From assembly GCA_963678065.2 (NCBI GenBank), contig CAXXVZ010000002.1, forward strand, positions 96,001 to 160,000: DNA of 64,000 nt, read 5' to 3'. Every line of letters begins with the position of its first letter. The stretch's first letter is position 1. Below are positions 40,785-50,995 of the stretch, in pieces. Made by a program: the position numbers and the translations under genes. Under the pieces are notes generated by a model. The model was not told the origin of the DNA, made no database searches, and saw only the letters and a list, made by a program, of their open reading frames with translations. Source of the DNA: Treponemataceae bacterium (lineage in GTDB: Bacteria > Spirochaetota > Spirochaetia > Treponematales > Rectinemataceae).

Positions 40785-42542
40785 CTATCCGAAGGTGAAC
40801 GCGAAGAGCCTGAGTCTGCCCTTCACGCCGAGGCTCAGAACATGTCCGCCAGGCTCGCCGAGCGAGACAAGGTGGTAGAGCCTGCCGGAATCGGGGACGA
40901 GTCTTCCCCCTCTGACATCCTCCGTATCAGGGGCAATCTTTCCGTCGAGGGTGACGCCGACCGACGCGCCCCGTTCGTCGGGCTCTATGACGAGGTAGAC
41001 ATCTTTCGCGTCGAAGCCAAGTTCGAGGAAGGCCTGCCCTGCGCCGGAGCTGACCGAGTACTCCGCGCCGATTGTCCAGGTTCCCCGCAGCGTCCATTCG
41101 CCGTTTCCCGGAACGCGGGCCGGGCGGTATTCGGCGGGGGCGTCGGGAACCGGCTCCACGGCCGAGGCGAAGCCTTTGCTGCGGGCATAACCCAGGTAGG
41201 TCTCGGGCGTTTTCGAGCTACGAACGATGTCATCCGGAGAAACCGTGGTCGCCCCGGCGACATCGAGGGAAGGATCGGCCTCGGCGAGAAGGGTCTTCAC
41301 GACTTTCTCGCTCTCAGCGTAGTTGCCTTCCCCGAAATGCCAGTACCTGACCCGTCCCTTCGCATCGATGAAATACTCGGCGGGCCAATACCGGTTGCCG
41401 AAGGCTCTCCACTGGACATAATCGTTGTCGAGGACGACGGGCCAGGTCACGCCGAGATCGCGCATCGCTCGCTCCACGTTGCTTCCGACCTTTTCGAAGG
41501 CGAACTCGGGCGAGTGCACGCCGACGATGACGAGTCCCTTGTCCCGGTACGCCTTGTACCAGCTTTGCAGGTAGGGAATGCTGCGCACGCAATTGACACA
41601 GCTGTAGGTCCAGAAGTCGACGATGACGACCTTGCCCCGGAGCGACGCGAGATCGAGCGGACTTGTGTTGAGCCAGGTCGCGCCCGCGGGGAAGTCGGGC
41701 GCCGCGCCGTAGTCGCCGACCGCTCCGGCGCTGAGGCTCCCGGTGGCGGCGCCCGAGAAGATGCCATCGGCCGCGTGGGAGCTCCCGGCCCGCGCGGCGA
41801 GCGCCTCTTTCACGGGCGCCACGTTCTCGAGCGCGGTGAGCCCGGCTCCGTATCCGGGGAATGCCCCCAGGATGGCGGTCTGGAGCTTCCTGTCCCACTG
41901 CGCGGCTATGGCCAGGCCGGCGACGATCATGAGAACTCCGAATCCCCTCTGGATGGCGTCCGAGCGCTTCGACAAAAAGGGAAGCCGCACGAGGAGCGCG
42001 CGTCCGCCGAGCATGACAGCCAGCATCGGAATCGCGGTGCCCGCAGAGTAGGCTATCGCGATGAGGACAGCGCCGCCGTCGACATTCTTCGACACGGCGA
42101 GACTGATCACTGAAGCCATGATCGGCCCCACGCAGGGCGTCCACACGAGTCCGAGGCTGAGTCCGACAGGAATCCCCCCGAGAAAACCGGAAAACCTCGA
42201 TCGGCCGCGCATCGCCGGCCGAAGGCTGTTCGATGCCAGGGACATCGTCGTTTCGAACAGGCCACGCAGCTTCGGAACGAGAGAGACGATGCCGAATCCA
42301 ATGATGGTCGCCACAGCGAGCCACCTCAGGGCATCAGCGGGGATACCGAGCAGATCGACGATGGCGGTGAGAGTCAGCGTGAAAAGCGGGAAACCCACGA
42401 CGAAGCCGGCGATGACGCCGAAGGGCCGGGCCTTTCCCCCTCCAGCGCCTCCCGAGAGGACCACCGGAAGCACAGGAAGGACGCAGGGAGAGAGAATGGT
42501 TATGACTCCCGAGAGGAAGGCGAAAGCGGCAAGTACGATCAT
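40785..42542 (-). CDS. dipZ: DipZ-like CcdA/thioredoxin fusion
   Basis: ILSPCVLPVLP, WTPCVGP, WTYSCVNC, HSPEFAFE, TPETYLG, FTFG; start uncertain. Confidence 0.85.
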   Translation of the reverse strand: MIVLAAFAFLSGVITILSPCVLPVLPVVLSGGAGGGKARPFGVIAGFVVGFPLFTLTLTAIVDLLGIPADALRWLAVATIIGFGIVSLVPKLRGLFETTMSLASNSLRPAMRGRSRFSGFLGGIPVGLSLGLVWTPCVGPIMASVISLAVSKNVDGGAVLIAIAYSAGTAIPMLAVMLGGRALLVRLPFLSKRSDAIQRGFGVLMIVAGLAIAAQWDRKLQTAILGAFPGYGAGLTALENVAPVKEALAARAGSSHAADGIFSGAATGSLSAGAVGDYGAAPDFPAGATWLNTSPLDLASLRGKVVIVDFWTYSCVNCVRSIPYLQSWYKAYRDKGLVIVGVHSPEFAFEKVGSNVERAMRDLGVTWPVVLDNDYVQWRAFGNRYWPAEYFIDAKGRVRYWHFGEGNYAESEKVVKTLLAEADPSLDVAGATTVSPDDIVRSSKTPETYLGYARSKGFASAVEPVPDAPAEYRPARVPGNGEWTLRGTWTIGAEYSVSSGAGQAFLELGFDAKDVYLVIEPDERGASVGVTLDGKIAPDTEDVRGGRLVPDSGRLYHLVSLGEPGGHVLSLGVKGRLRLFAFTFG

Positions 42543-42947
42543 GACGGCGGCCCAGGAAAATCCCGCGGCGAAGTCGAGCGGGGCTTCGACACTTCCGCCT
42601 TTCCGGATTCCGCCTCTCTTCCTTCCCTGCCTGTCCGGACGAAGCCCTGCTGCGCCGCGACGCCGACAGTGATCATTCGGTCTCTTTTCATGACGCCTCC
42701 GGGGCAACCATGGTCGGACATTATATATGACTAATAAAGTAATCTTTTAAGGAAACCGAGTCAAACGACCTCGCGGGCGGGACGATACGCGAAAAGGAAA
42801 GGGCGATCAGCCAGGAAAGGGATACCTATCAGTGAATCGCAGACTTGCATTCCGGAAGGGCCTCAGCCTATAGTCGATTCCGGAATGAACACACCGCACG
42901 GCGGCGAGGTATCGTGGATCGCGCGGTACGGATCGAGGGAGGTTTTC

Positions 42948-43556
42948 ATGAGCAGATCGAGCTGTGGAATGTCCTCGCGGGACAATGCCGGCAACCTCGC
43001 ACTGAGGATTGCGCTGTCCGCGGCCGCGATCGCGGTGCTCCTCTTCGCGGGCTGCCAGACAGTGCCGCGACGCGACATGTCCAATGATCTCGTTCCTGCC
43101 GAGGTCGCCGGCTTCTCGACCTCCATCCACGACGAGCGCTATCACACCGCCACAACCAGTTCGGGCCTCGACATCGTCATCCGGGAGGATGTTTCCGGAT
43201 ATGCCAATTTCACGATCTGGGTAACCAACAATTCCGGCCAGCGTGTCGATTTCCCCGCCACCCTCGCTACGCTTTCAGCCCGCTCCCGCGACGGACATGG
43301 CACGACGTACCTCCCCATGGGCATGGAGTTGTATCTCGAGAAAGTCCTCAAATGCTATTACGAAAAAGACGGCTACGAGGAGTTCAAGGATTCGGTCAGG
43401 AAAAACTACCTGAAAGACACGACGATCGAGCCTGGCAAGACGGCCGCGGGCATTCTCCGCTACGAGATCGCGGCGGAGCGGGCGGACAACTACACGCTCA
43501 GGCTGCACTTCGGCGAGAGGGAAGTCAGCTTCAGGTACATGACGCCCCGGCAATAA
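42948..43556 (+). CDS. Hypothetical lipoprotein
   Basis: Lipobox LLFAGC; GGGAGG RBS; coding-like codon usage. Confidence 0.7.
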   Translation: MSRSSCGMSSRDNAGNLALRIALSAAAIAVLLFAGCQTVPRRDMSNDLVPAEVAGFSTSIHDERYHTATTSSGLDIVIREDVSGYANFTIWVTNNSGQRVDFPATLATLSARSRDGHGTTYLPMGMELYLEKVLKCYYEKDGYEEFKDSVRKNYLKDTTIEPGKTAAGILRYEIAAERADNYTLRLHFGEREVSFRYMTPRQ

Positions 43557-43582
43557 ACGACGGATCTTCGTCGCCAACCCGA

Positions 43583-44083
43583 TCAGGCGGCTTTCCCCCT
43601 TTTCCCGACATTCCTGATTTCGTGCAAGAGGACCACCGCGGCGAAGGCCATGAGGTACAAGTCCGCGACATTGAAAATCCCCGTGCGAAGGCTTCCTATG
43701 CCCATATTCATGAAATCCCGGACCGAGCCGTACGCAATCCTGTCAATGATGTTGCCGAGCCCGCCCGAGACTACCAGACTCGCGAGAGTGAGGGAGTAAG
43801 CGGAAAAATCCCCCTTTCTCCACATGAAGACGACGAATGCGGCGATGATGACAATTGGCATCACAATGAAAACCACGGGCCAGATGGCCTCTGAAGTCTT
43901 GTTGCCGAGCGAGAGGAAAGCCCCCCTGTTGCGTGCGTAGAGCAGGATGAAAAAATCTCCGAACACCGGAACTGTGCCCCTGCCGTAGAGCAGGCGGTCG
44001 GCGAGAAATTTGCTGGCCTGGTCGAGGACCGTGAGCCCCGCTGTCGCGCCCGCGAGGGCGGAAAAAAACGCGCTTCTCTTCAT
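43583..44083 (-). CDS. lspA: Lipoprotein signal peptidase II
   Basis: LDQASK, NRGAFLS, GGLGNIIDR, VRDF, FNVAD. Confidence 0.92.
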   Translation of the reverse strand: MKRSAFFSALAGATAGLTVLDQASKFLADRLLYGRGTVPVFGDFFILLYARNRGAFLSLGNKTSEAIWPVVFIVMPIVIIAAFVVFMWRKGDFSAYSLTLASLVVSGGLGNIIDRIAYGSVRDFMNMGIGSLRTGIFNVADLYLMAFAAVVLLHEIRNVGKRGKAA

Positions 44084-44275
44084 GATCCATGAGTTATATC
44101 CGCAATCCGGAGCTTTTTCCACAACCGCGCCTTACAAGGGATTGAACAAGATATTTCCTGTCGGTAGACTCATTCGGGTCAGAGAATCGTCTTTACATGC
44201 AAAACCATATCCAGATACGAATTAAGATGGATTAGTCCATTCCGGGAATCAATTTTCCGAAAAACCACTGGAGCG

Positions 44276-45775
44276 ATGATGAAAAAATACCGGAACAGCA
44301 GGCCGATGAGCACAGCTATCTTCTTTTTCGCGGTCATCTTTTGTGTCGCCGCGCCCTGCGGGGTTTTTGCCCAGAATGCTCCGACACAAGGATCGACAGC
44401 GCCGGCTGCCACCGCGCAGGCCGCGGCGTCCGGCCCCTCCGCCACAGTCGCTGTTGGGCCGGACGCGGGCAGCCCGGCGGCGGTCCAGCCGACTGCGATC
44501 ACGCCCGCCGCGCCGGTCAACCCGGCAAACAGCGTGCTCAAGACGCTCTTCGCCAACTTTCAGGGAATAGCGACGCTCTTCGCCCAATCGCCTTCCATAG
44601 CGTGGGCCCGTATCGCCCTCATCTTTCTCGGATTCGCCCTCGTCTACCTGGGCAAGAAAGGCATCCTCGAACCGCTGCTCATGATCCCCATGGGTCTCGG
44701 CATGGCCACCGTGAACGCGGGCGTCATGTTCTTCGACCCCCTCATGCTGCACAAAGGCATCGGGACCCTCTTCCTCGAAGCGCAGGCCGGCGCCTCGACC
44801 GACATGGTAAAGAACGCCGCCGATCTCATGTACGTCCTCCAGCTCGACTTCCTCCAGCCGATCTACACCTTCATGTTCTCGAACGGCCTCATCGCCTGTC
44901 TCGTTTTCCTGGGAATCGGCAGCCTCCTCGACGTTGGCTTCGTCCTCATGCACCCCTTCATCAGCATGTTCCTCGCCCTGGCCGCCGAGCTCGGCACCAT
45001 CCTCACTCTTCCGATCGCCCAGATCTTCGGCTTCACCGTGAAGCAGGCCGCGGCCATCGCCATGGTCGGCGGAGCCGACGGCCCCATGGTCCTTTTCACG
45101 AGTCTCAAACTCGCCCCCGAACTCTTCGTCCCCATAGCCGTCGTCGCCTACCTCTACCTCGGCCTCACCTACGGCGGCTACCCCTACCTCATCAAACTCA
45201 TGGTCCCCAAAAAGATCCGCGGAACGCCGATGTCCATGCCCGAGGTCGCCTCGACGATCACCTCGGGCCAGAAGCTCGCCTTCGCCGTCTTCATCTGCGC
45301 CTTCCTCTCCCTCCTCTTCCCCGTCGCCGCGCCGCTCTTCTTCTCCCTCTTTCTCGGCATCGCCATCCGCGAATCGGGCCTGAAATCCTTCCAGACCCTC
45401 GTGAGCGAGACCATCCTCTACGGCGCGACCCTCTTCCTCGGCATTCTTCTCGGCATCCTCTGCGAAGCATCGACGATCCTCAGTCCCCAGGTACTTCCCC
45501 TCCTCCTTCTGGGCATGCTCTCTCTCTTGCTCTCCGGTATCGGCGGCATCCTCGGCGGCTACGTCGTGTACTTCGTGACGAAGGGGAAATGGAATCCCGT
45601 CGTTGGCATCGCGGGCGTCTCCTGCGTGCCGAGCACGGCCAAAGTCGCGCAGAAATGCGTGTCGGCCATCAATCCGCAGGCCATGATCATGCCCTACGCG
45701 CTCGGCGCGAACATTTCGGGCGTCATCACGACGGCTATCATCGCGGCCGTCTACGTGACGGCCCTGGGCAAGTGA
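44276..45775 (+). CDS. oadB: Na+-translocating decarboxylase beta subunit with Ala/Pro-rich N-terminal extension
   Basis: EPLLMIPMG, VGGADGP, VAYLYL, GIAGVSCVP, GANISG. Confidence 0.85.
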   Translation: MMKKYRNSRPMSTAIFFFAVIFCVAAPCGVFAQNAPTQGSTAPAATAQAAASGPSATVAVGPDAGSPAAVQPTAITPAAPVNPANSVLKTLFANFQGIATLFAQSPSIAWARIALIFLGFALVYLGKKGILEPLLMIPMGLGMATVNAGVMFFDPLMLHKGIGTLFLEAQAGASTDMVKNAADLMYVLQLDFLQPIYTFMFSNGLIACLVFLGIGSLLDVGFVLMHPFISMFLALAAELGTILTLPIAQIFGFTVKQAAAIAMVGGADGPMVLFTSLKLAPELFVPIAVVAYLYLGLTYGGYPYLIKLMVPKKIRGTPMSMPEVASTITSGQKLAFAVFICAFLSLLFPVAAPLFFSLFLGIAIRESGLKSFQTLVSETILYGATLFLGILLGILCEASTILSPQVLPLLLLGMLSLLLSGIGGILGGYVVYFVTKGKWNPVVGIAGVSCVPSTAKVAQKCVSAINPQAMIMPYALGANISGVITTAIIAAVYVTALGK

Positions 45776-45785
45776 GGAGGATGAC

Positions 45786-46322
45786 ATGATTCTGGAACTC
45801 GTCGGAGCGGTCATTCTCGTGGCGGCTCTCGTCGTCCTCATCCGCATGGAAGCGGACCTGCACCGCACGGCCGAAACACTCGGCGGCATCGTCAAAGCCC
45901 TGGAGAACGAACCGCGGAGGACAGCCCGGGCTGCGGGGCTGCGGCCCATGCCCGAATCGCGGGATGCCCCTGACGCCCAGCCGGCGCCGGCTTCGCCCCG
46001 GCCCGACGCCGAAGTCGCCGCCGCGATAGCAGCGGCCCGGCTCGCGCAGCTGCGCCTCGCCGCCACAACCGGAAGGAACATACTCCTGTCGGGCCCGGCT
46101 CCCGCACAGACGGCCACCCCCTCCACGGTTTCCACGCCGGCTTCGCCGCCTGCTCCCGCGCATGCCGGAAAGGACAGGGCCGAAGACGACGGCGTCAAAG
46201 GAGACAGGGCCGGAGCCCACGCCGCCTACGATGGCATGGGCTCGGGCTTCATCGACGTGATCGGATCCGAACCCGATGTCGGGTATCCTGGCCAAACCCC
46301 CGGACAAGGAGAGTCCAGATGA
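45786..46322 (+). CDS. OadG-like subunit: one TM plus long Ala/Pro-rich tail
   Basis: N-terminal TM; EVAAAIAAA motif; lies between oadB and oadA with an ATGA overlap into oadA. Confidence 0.6.
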   Translation: MILELVGAVILVAALVVLIRMEADLHRTAETLGGIVKALENEPRRTARAAGLRPMPESRDAPDAQPAPASPRPDAEVAAAIAAARLAQLRLAATTGRNILLSGPAPAQTATPSTVSTPASPPAPAHAGKDRAEDDGVKGDRAGAHAAYDGMGSGFIDVIGSEPDVGYPGQTPGQGESR

Positions 46323-48541
46323 AACGGATCGATGTCCTTCTGACCGCTTTCCGCGACGGCATCCAGTCAGCCTACGGCGCCCGCGTGCTCTCCGCCGACT
46401 ACCTCCCCGCCGTCAGGGCCGCCTCCTACGCGGGCATCCGCCGCTTCGAGTTCGGAGGAGGCGCCCTCTACCAGGCCTCTGTCCTGTTCTGCAACGAAAG
46501 CCCTTACGCAAGGATGGATGCTTTCCGCGAGGCGTCGGGTCCGGACGCCGAACTCCAGGTTCTCTCGCGCGGCGTGAGCCTCGTCGGGCTCGAGCCCCAG
46601 GGGCACGACATGGTCGGACTCTACGCGCGGCTCCTGAAACGCCACGGGACCGACACCGTCCGCAATTTCGACGCCCTGAACGACGTGGCGAATATCGCCG
46701 CCTCAGGCCAGGCCATCGTGGCGGCCGGACTCAGTCACGAGCCGGCCATCTGTGTGACAGACCCTCCTCCCGGCTCCGTCCTCGCGGGAATCCATACTCC
46801 CGAGCACTACCGCGACATCCTGAAGGCGATCATGGAGGCCGGCACCTCCTTCGGCTCGATCTGCTTCAAGGACTCCACCGGTTCCATGCGCCCCTCCGGC
46901 GTCTTCGAGACAGTCAGACTCGCGCGCAAGCTCCTCGGCCCCTCGATCCCGATCGCGTGGCACACGCACGACAGCCTCGGGCTCGGCATCGCGGCCTACC
47001 TCGCCGCAGTGGAGGCCGGGGCCGACCGCATCGACCTCTCGCTCTCGCCGCTCTCCGGAGGCGCCTGCCAGCCCGACCTCATCTCATTCTGGCACGCGCT
47101 CAGGGGCTCGGAGTTCAGTCTCGACATCGACGCCGCTAAAATCCTCGCCGTCGAAGAATCGCTCAAAAAATCCCTCTCGCGCTACCGCATGGTCCCTGAA
47201 GCCGAGCGGATAGACCCGCTCGTCCTCTTCTACCCCATGCCGGGCGGCGCAGTGGCGGCCAACGCGAATCTTCTGCGCGACCAGGGAATGGCGGGCAAGT
47301 ACGACGAGATCATCCACGCCCTCGGCGAAGTCTTCACCAAGGGCGGCGGCGGTTCTCCCGTCACCCCCGTGAGCCAGTACTACATCCAGCAGGCTTACCA
47401 GAACGTGTCTTACGGCACATGGAAGCGCATCGCCCCGGGCTATGGGCGCATGGTGCTCGGCTATCTCGGCAAGACTCCGCTCCCGCCGGACCCCGAGGTC
47501 GTCGCCCTCGCCTCGCGGGAACTGCGGCTCCCGCCCGCCGATTCTGACCCCATGACCCTCGCCGACAGGAACCCCACCAACTCGCTTCGGGCAGTGAGCT
47601 CGATCCTCCGCCAGCGCGGCTTGCCGGAGGATGAGGAATCGCTCGCCATCGCGGCTATCTGCGGGGAAAAAGGTCTTCGCTTTCTGGAGGGCAAGGCCAG
47701 CCCTTCGCTCGCTCTCGATCCCGTATCGACGAAGGTACATGAAGCCGGCTCACCGCGTGCAAAGCATGCGGCGGGCGGGCCGACCTCGGGGGCTGTTCCG
47801 GGCTGGGCTCCCGCGCAGACGGGCACGGAAGCCGGCAGTCTCTCTGCCTTGGGCGACTTCACAGTCCTCCTCAACGACCGCGCCTATGGCATAAAGTTCT
47901 CGGGCGAGGGTGTGACGGTGGACGGCGTTTCCTATGCCTACTCGGTCCTCGACGGAATCGACGACGACCTGCTTTCGCGTCAGGCTGCCCTCTCCCGGAC
48001 TGGCTCGGGGGATGTGCGCGCGGAGGCCGGCGAAATCCGCGCCCCGATGCCTGGCATGATCGTCCGGATCAACAAGCGGATCGGCGACAAAGTCGCGGTC
48101 GGAGAGACCGTCCTCGTCCTCGAATCCATGACGGCCGAGATCCCCGTGAACTCGCGTCTCTCGGGCGTCGTCGTCGACCTGCCCGCCGCGTGGGGCGACC
48201 ATGTCGAGGCGGGTCAGCCCCTCGTGCGGCTGACCGTCGTCACGCACGAGAGCATCGACGCCGTATCGCAGGCGGAGGACGGCACCCTCCGTGCGGGGGA
48301 CAGAGGCGACACCGTCATCGTCGAGTCGCCCATCGCAGGACTCGTGCTCCGCATCTACAAGGCTCCGGGCGAGCGCGTGCTCGCAGGCGAATCCATCCTC
48401 GTCGCCGAATCCCTCAAGATGGAGCGCCCCGTGAACTCCCCCGTCGAAGGCGTGATTGAGTCGATCCGCGTCAGGCAGGGAGAAATGATGGGCAAAAACC
48501 AGTCGATCGCGGCCATAGTCCGCAAAGGGGTCAGACCATGA
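46319..48541 (+). CDS. oadA: Oxaloacetate decarboxylase alpha-like carboxyltransferase with two biotinyl-like domains
   Basis: FRDGIQS, FDALND, CFKDSTG, HTHD, MPGG, VTPVSQ; C-terminal APMPG..ESMTAE and SPIAG..ESLKME. Confidence 0.82.
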   Translation: MKRIDVLLTAFRDGIQSAYGARVLSADYLPAVRAASYAGIRRFEFGGGALYQASVLFCNESPYARMDAFREASGPDAELQVLSRGVSLVGLEPQGHDMVGLYARLLKRHGTDTVRNFDALNDVANIAASGQAIVAAGLSHEPAICVTDPPPGSVLAGIHTPEHYRDILKAIMEAGTSFGSICFKDSTGSMRPSGVFETVRLARKLLGPSIPIAWHTHDSLGLGIAAYLAAVEAGADRIDLSLSPLSGGACQPDLISFWHALRGSEFSLDIDAAKILAVEESLKKSLSRYRMVPEAERIDPLVLFYPMPGGAVAANANLLRDQGMAGKYDEIIHALGEVFTKGGGGSPVTPVSQYYIQQAYQNVSYGTWKRIAPGYGRMVLGYLGKTPLPPDPEVVALASRELRLPPADSDPMTLADRNPTNSLRAVSSILRQRGLPEDEESLAIAAICGEKGLRFLEGKASPSLALDPVSTKVHEAGSPRAKHAAGGPTSGAVPGWAPAQTGTEAGSLSALGDFTVLLNDRAYGIKFSGEGVTVDGVSYAYSVLDGIDDDLLSRQAALSRTGSGDVRAEAGEIRAPMPGMIVRINKRIGDKVAVGETVLVLESMTAEIPVNSRLSGVVVDLPAAWGDHVEAGQPLVRLTVVTHESIDAVSQAEDGTLRAGDRGDTVIVESPIAGLVLRIYKAPGERVLAGESILVAESLKMERPVNSPVEGVIESIRVRQGEMMGKNQSIAAIVRKGVRP

Positions 48542-48660
48542 GCGGACTCTCCGTCGCCCTCGAAACCTACGGCCTCTCGGCCGTCATCTCCTTCATCGTC
48601 GCGGGACTCATCGTCGTCATCAGGAAGGCCGTCCAGCTCGGGCCGAAGAAGAAGGGCTAG
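48538..48660 (+). CDS. Small 40-aa membrane protein coupled to oadA
   Basis: Not in the ORF track. ATGA overlap with the oadA stop; MSGLSVALETYGLSAVISFIVAGLIVVIRKAVQLGPKKKG (one TM, basic tail). Confidence 0.65.
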   Translation: MSGLSVALETYGLSAVISFIVAGLIVVIRKAVQLGPKKKG

Positions 48661-48729
48661 AGACAACCGAAAACCGCACGACCGCCGCGCGGTATGAAAC
48701 CCAGCTCCGAATCAGCGAAGATGCCGGCC

Positions 48730-49725
48730 TCAGCCCAGCATCTTCGCGAAGAACGCTATCTTCTCCGAGACATGGCGGCTTCCGCCTCCCTCGTGGCCGT
48801 TCCAGTTGTAGACGCGGATCTCTTTCTCGCCGGCCCAGGCGTTGTAGGCGGCGAAGACGGTCGAAGGCGGACAGATCAGGTCCATGAGGGCCGTGGAGAA
48901 GAGGGAAGGAATCTTCGCGCGGGACGCGAAATTGACGCCGTCGAAGTAGCTCAGGGTCTCGAAGACTTGCTTCTCCATTGTGTAGTTCACGTGGAGGAAT
49001 TCCCTGATTTCAGAGTAGGGCCTCGCGTCCGTCAGTTCGACGGCGCGCCGGAAGTGGCAGAGGAAGGGCACGTCGGGTGCAGCCGCGCGGACCCTGTCAG
49101 AGAGTCCCGCGACCGCGACTGAGAGCCCGCCGCCCTGGCTTCCGCCCGTGATCGCGATCCTGTCGGGATCGACGCCGGGCAGGCTGGCCGCGGCGCCGAC
49201 GGCGGCCACGGCGTCGGCGATAAGCCGCCGATAGTAGTAGGAATCGGGACTCTGGATGCCCCGCGTCATGAAACCGGGGAAGGACGGGCCGTAATCTTTC
49301 CCGCCGTCGTCGGGCGTGTCGCCGTGGAGCCAGGCTCCGCCCTGCCCCCTCGTGTCCATGACGAAGTGCGCATAGCCCGCCGTAGCCCAGAGGAGCCAGT
49401 CCCAGGGATTGCCGCGGCCGCCGCCGTAGCCGAGGTACTCCACGACGCAGGGCAGGGCTCCCGCGACGCCGGCGGGACGGATCAGCCACGCCTTGACGGG
49501 AGTTCCCGCCCAGCCGACGAAACTGAGGTCGAGGACCTCGACGCGGGAGAGACCTGTTTCGATTCTGCGGGCTTCGATGATGGAGCCGGAGCGCCCCACA
49601 TCCCGCCCTTCGGCGGGGAAGCCGGAAACCGCGAGAGTCTCCCTCCAGAATGCGTCGAAGTCGGCGGGTTCGTCGACCTTGGGTTTATAGGATTCGAGCT
49701 GTTCTCTGGGTAGATCGAAAAGCAT
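48730..49725 (-). CDS. Acetylxylan esterase / cephalosporin-C deacetylase (CE7)
   Basis: EPADFDAFW, DTRGQG, GGSQGGG, DLICPPST, GHEGG. Confidence 0.92.
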   Translation of the reverse strand: MLFDLPREQLESYKPKVDEPADFDAFWRETLAVSGFPAEGRDVGRSGSIIEARRIETGLSRVEVLDLSFVGWAGTPVKAWLIRPAGVAGALPCVVEYLGYGGGRGNPWDWLLWATAGYAHFVMDTRGQGGAWLHGDTPDDGGKDYGPSFPGFMTRGIQSPDSYYYRRLIADAVAAVGAAASLPGVDPDRIAITGGSQGGGLSVAVAGLSDRVRAAAPDVPFLCHFRRAVELTDARPYSEIREFLHVNYTMEKQVFETLSYFDGVNFASRAKIPSLFSTALMDLICPPSTVFAAYNAWAGEKEIRVYNWNGHEGGGSRHVSEKIAFFAKMLG

Positions 49726-49864
49726 GGTTGTGTCTCCTGGTTTCCGGAATGCGAGCAGGAATGGCTATTCCGTATTTGTCAGGATTTTCCCGCATCCGCC
49801 GGCAGCGGTCAAGCGAAAAACGGAGTGCCGCCAAGTGCTGTGCAGTCAAGACCTCAGTGGAACG

Positions 49865-50030
49865 TTATTGGCGGGTCTCGGCATGGACGTCGAGCCCTAC
49901 AAACCTGGATGCCTTCTGTTCTATACTGTCCATGATCGCCCCCTTCGTATGTAGCTCTACGCTACGATCTTCCCGATTGCCGCGCAACCTACGGTTTCCG
50001 ATCGGGGCGGCCACTTCATCATGATTAGAT
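49865..50030 (-). mobile_element. IS110-family remnant: non-coding end plus the first ~20 transposase codons
   Basis: RBS, then ATG at 49933 giving MDSIEQKASRFVGLDVHAET (first DEDD motif) and an early stop; structured leader with cgcccc..ggggcg. Outer boundary approximate. Confidence 0.6.
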
Positions 50031-50053
50031 TCCATCTTTTTGGGAGGCAATTC

Positions 50054-50995
50054 ATGAAGCGGCCTGGATGTAGATCACGGAAATGGAAAGGCGGACACAT
50101 AGTATTTCTTATCGTGACAAGTATCGCGATTATGGTATTGGCTGGTTGTGACCTTCCGACGACTACAACTACGACCACGACGTTGCCTCCTGGTACAACG
50201 ACAACGACAGTGCCCCCGGTGACAACTACAACTACTACAACGATTCCTGCCTCCATCGAGATGGTGAGCGTCCCCGGAGGTAGCTTCCAGATGGGCTCCA
50301 CAACAGGTTTCAGCAATGAGCGACCGGTACATCAGGTAACCCTGACGGGATTCCAGATGGGAAAGTACGAGGTGACGCAGGCTCAGTATCTGTCGGTGAC
50401 AGGCGCAAGTCCCTCGTATTTCAGCGGGACGAACCTGCCGGCGGAAGAGGTGACCTGGTATGACGCGGTGGAGTTCTGCAACAAACTGAGCGTGGCTAAT
50501 GGAGTTTCTGCTGTCTACACGATCACAGGGCGAACTCCCGCATCCGGGTATCCGATCACCAGTGCGACGGTGACACCGGACATGACGAAGAACGGGTATC
50601 GGCTGCCGACGGAAGCGGAGTGGGAGTACGCGGCGCGCGGAGGAAATGGAAGCCCTAGCGGGTATACGCATTCGGGATCGAACGATGTCGGGACTGTGGC
50701 GTGGTATTCGGACAATTCGGGAAGCACGACACATACGGTAGGAACAAAAATGGCGAATGGACTTGGTCTCTATGACATGTCGGGGAATGTATGGGAATGG
50801 TGTCAGGATTGGTATGACAGTTACGGATCTGGAGCTCAGACTGACCCCGCGGGCGCGTCCTCGGGTACGTCCCGCGTGGCTCGCGGCGCCAGCTGGATCA
50901 GCAATGCTGACTTCTGCCGGTCGGCCAATCGGGACTACTACCTCCCTGACAGCACGAACACCAACGTAGGGTTCCGTGTCGTCCGCCGCCCATGA
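50054..50995 (+). CDS. Lipoprotein with Thr-rich stalk and FGE-sulfatase (CLec-fold) domain
   Basis: GGGAGG RBS; lipobox VLAGC; poly-Thr; KYEVTQ, YRLPTEAEWEYAARGG, GLYDMSGNVWEWCQD, GFRVVR. Confidence 0.9.
   Translation: MKRPGCRSRKWKGGHIVFLIVTSIAIMVLAGCDLPTTTTTTTTLPPGTTTTTVPPVTTTTTTTIPASIEMVSVPGGSFQMGSTTGFSNERPVHQVTLTGFQMGKYEVTQAQYLSVTGASPSYFSGTNLPAEEVTWYDAVEFCNKLSVANGVSAVYTITGRTPASGYPITSATVTPDMTKNGYRLPTEAEWEYAARGGNGSPSGYTHSGSNDVGTVAWYSDNSGSTTHTVGTKMANGLGLYDMSGNVWEWCQDWYDSYGSGAQTDPAGASSGTSRVARGASWISNADFCRSANRDYYLPDSTNTNVGFRVVRRP
50158..50247 (+). repeat. ACN-rich low-complexity tract encoding three poly-Thr blocks
   Basis: TTTTTTTTLPPGTTTTTVPPVTTTTTTTIP. Confidence 0.8.

Noticed and set aside
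44249..46198. 649-aa minus-strand ORF
   Set aside because: Antisense shadow of oadB/oadG.
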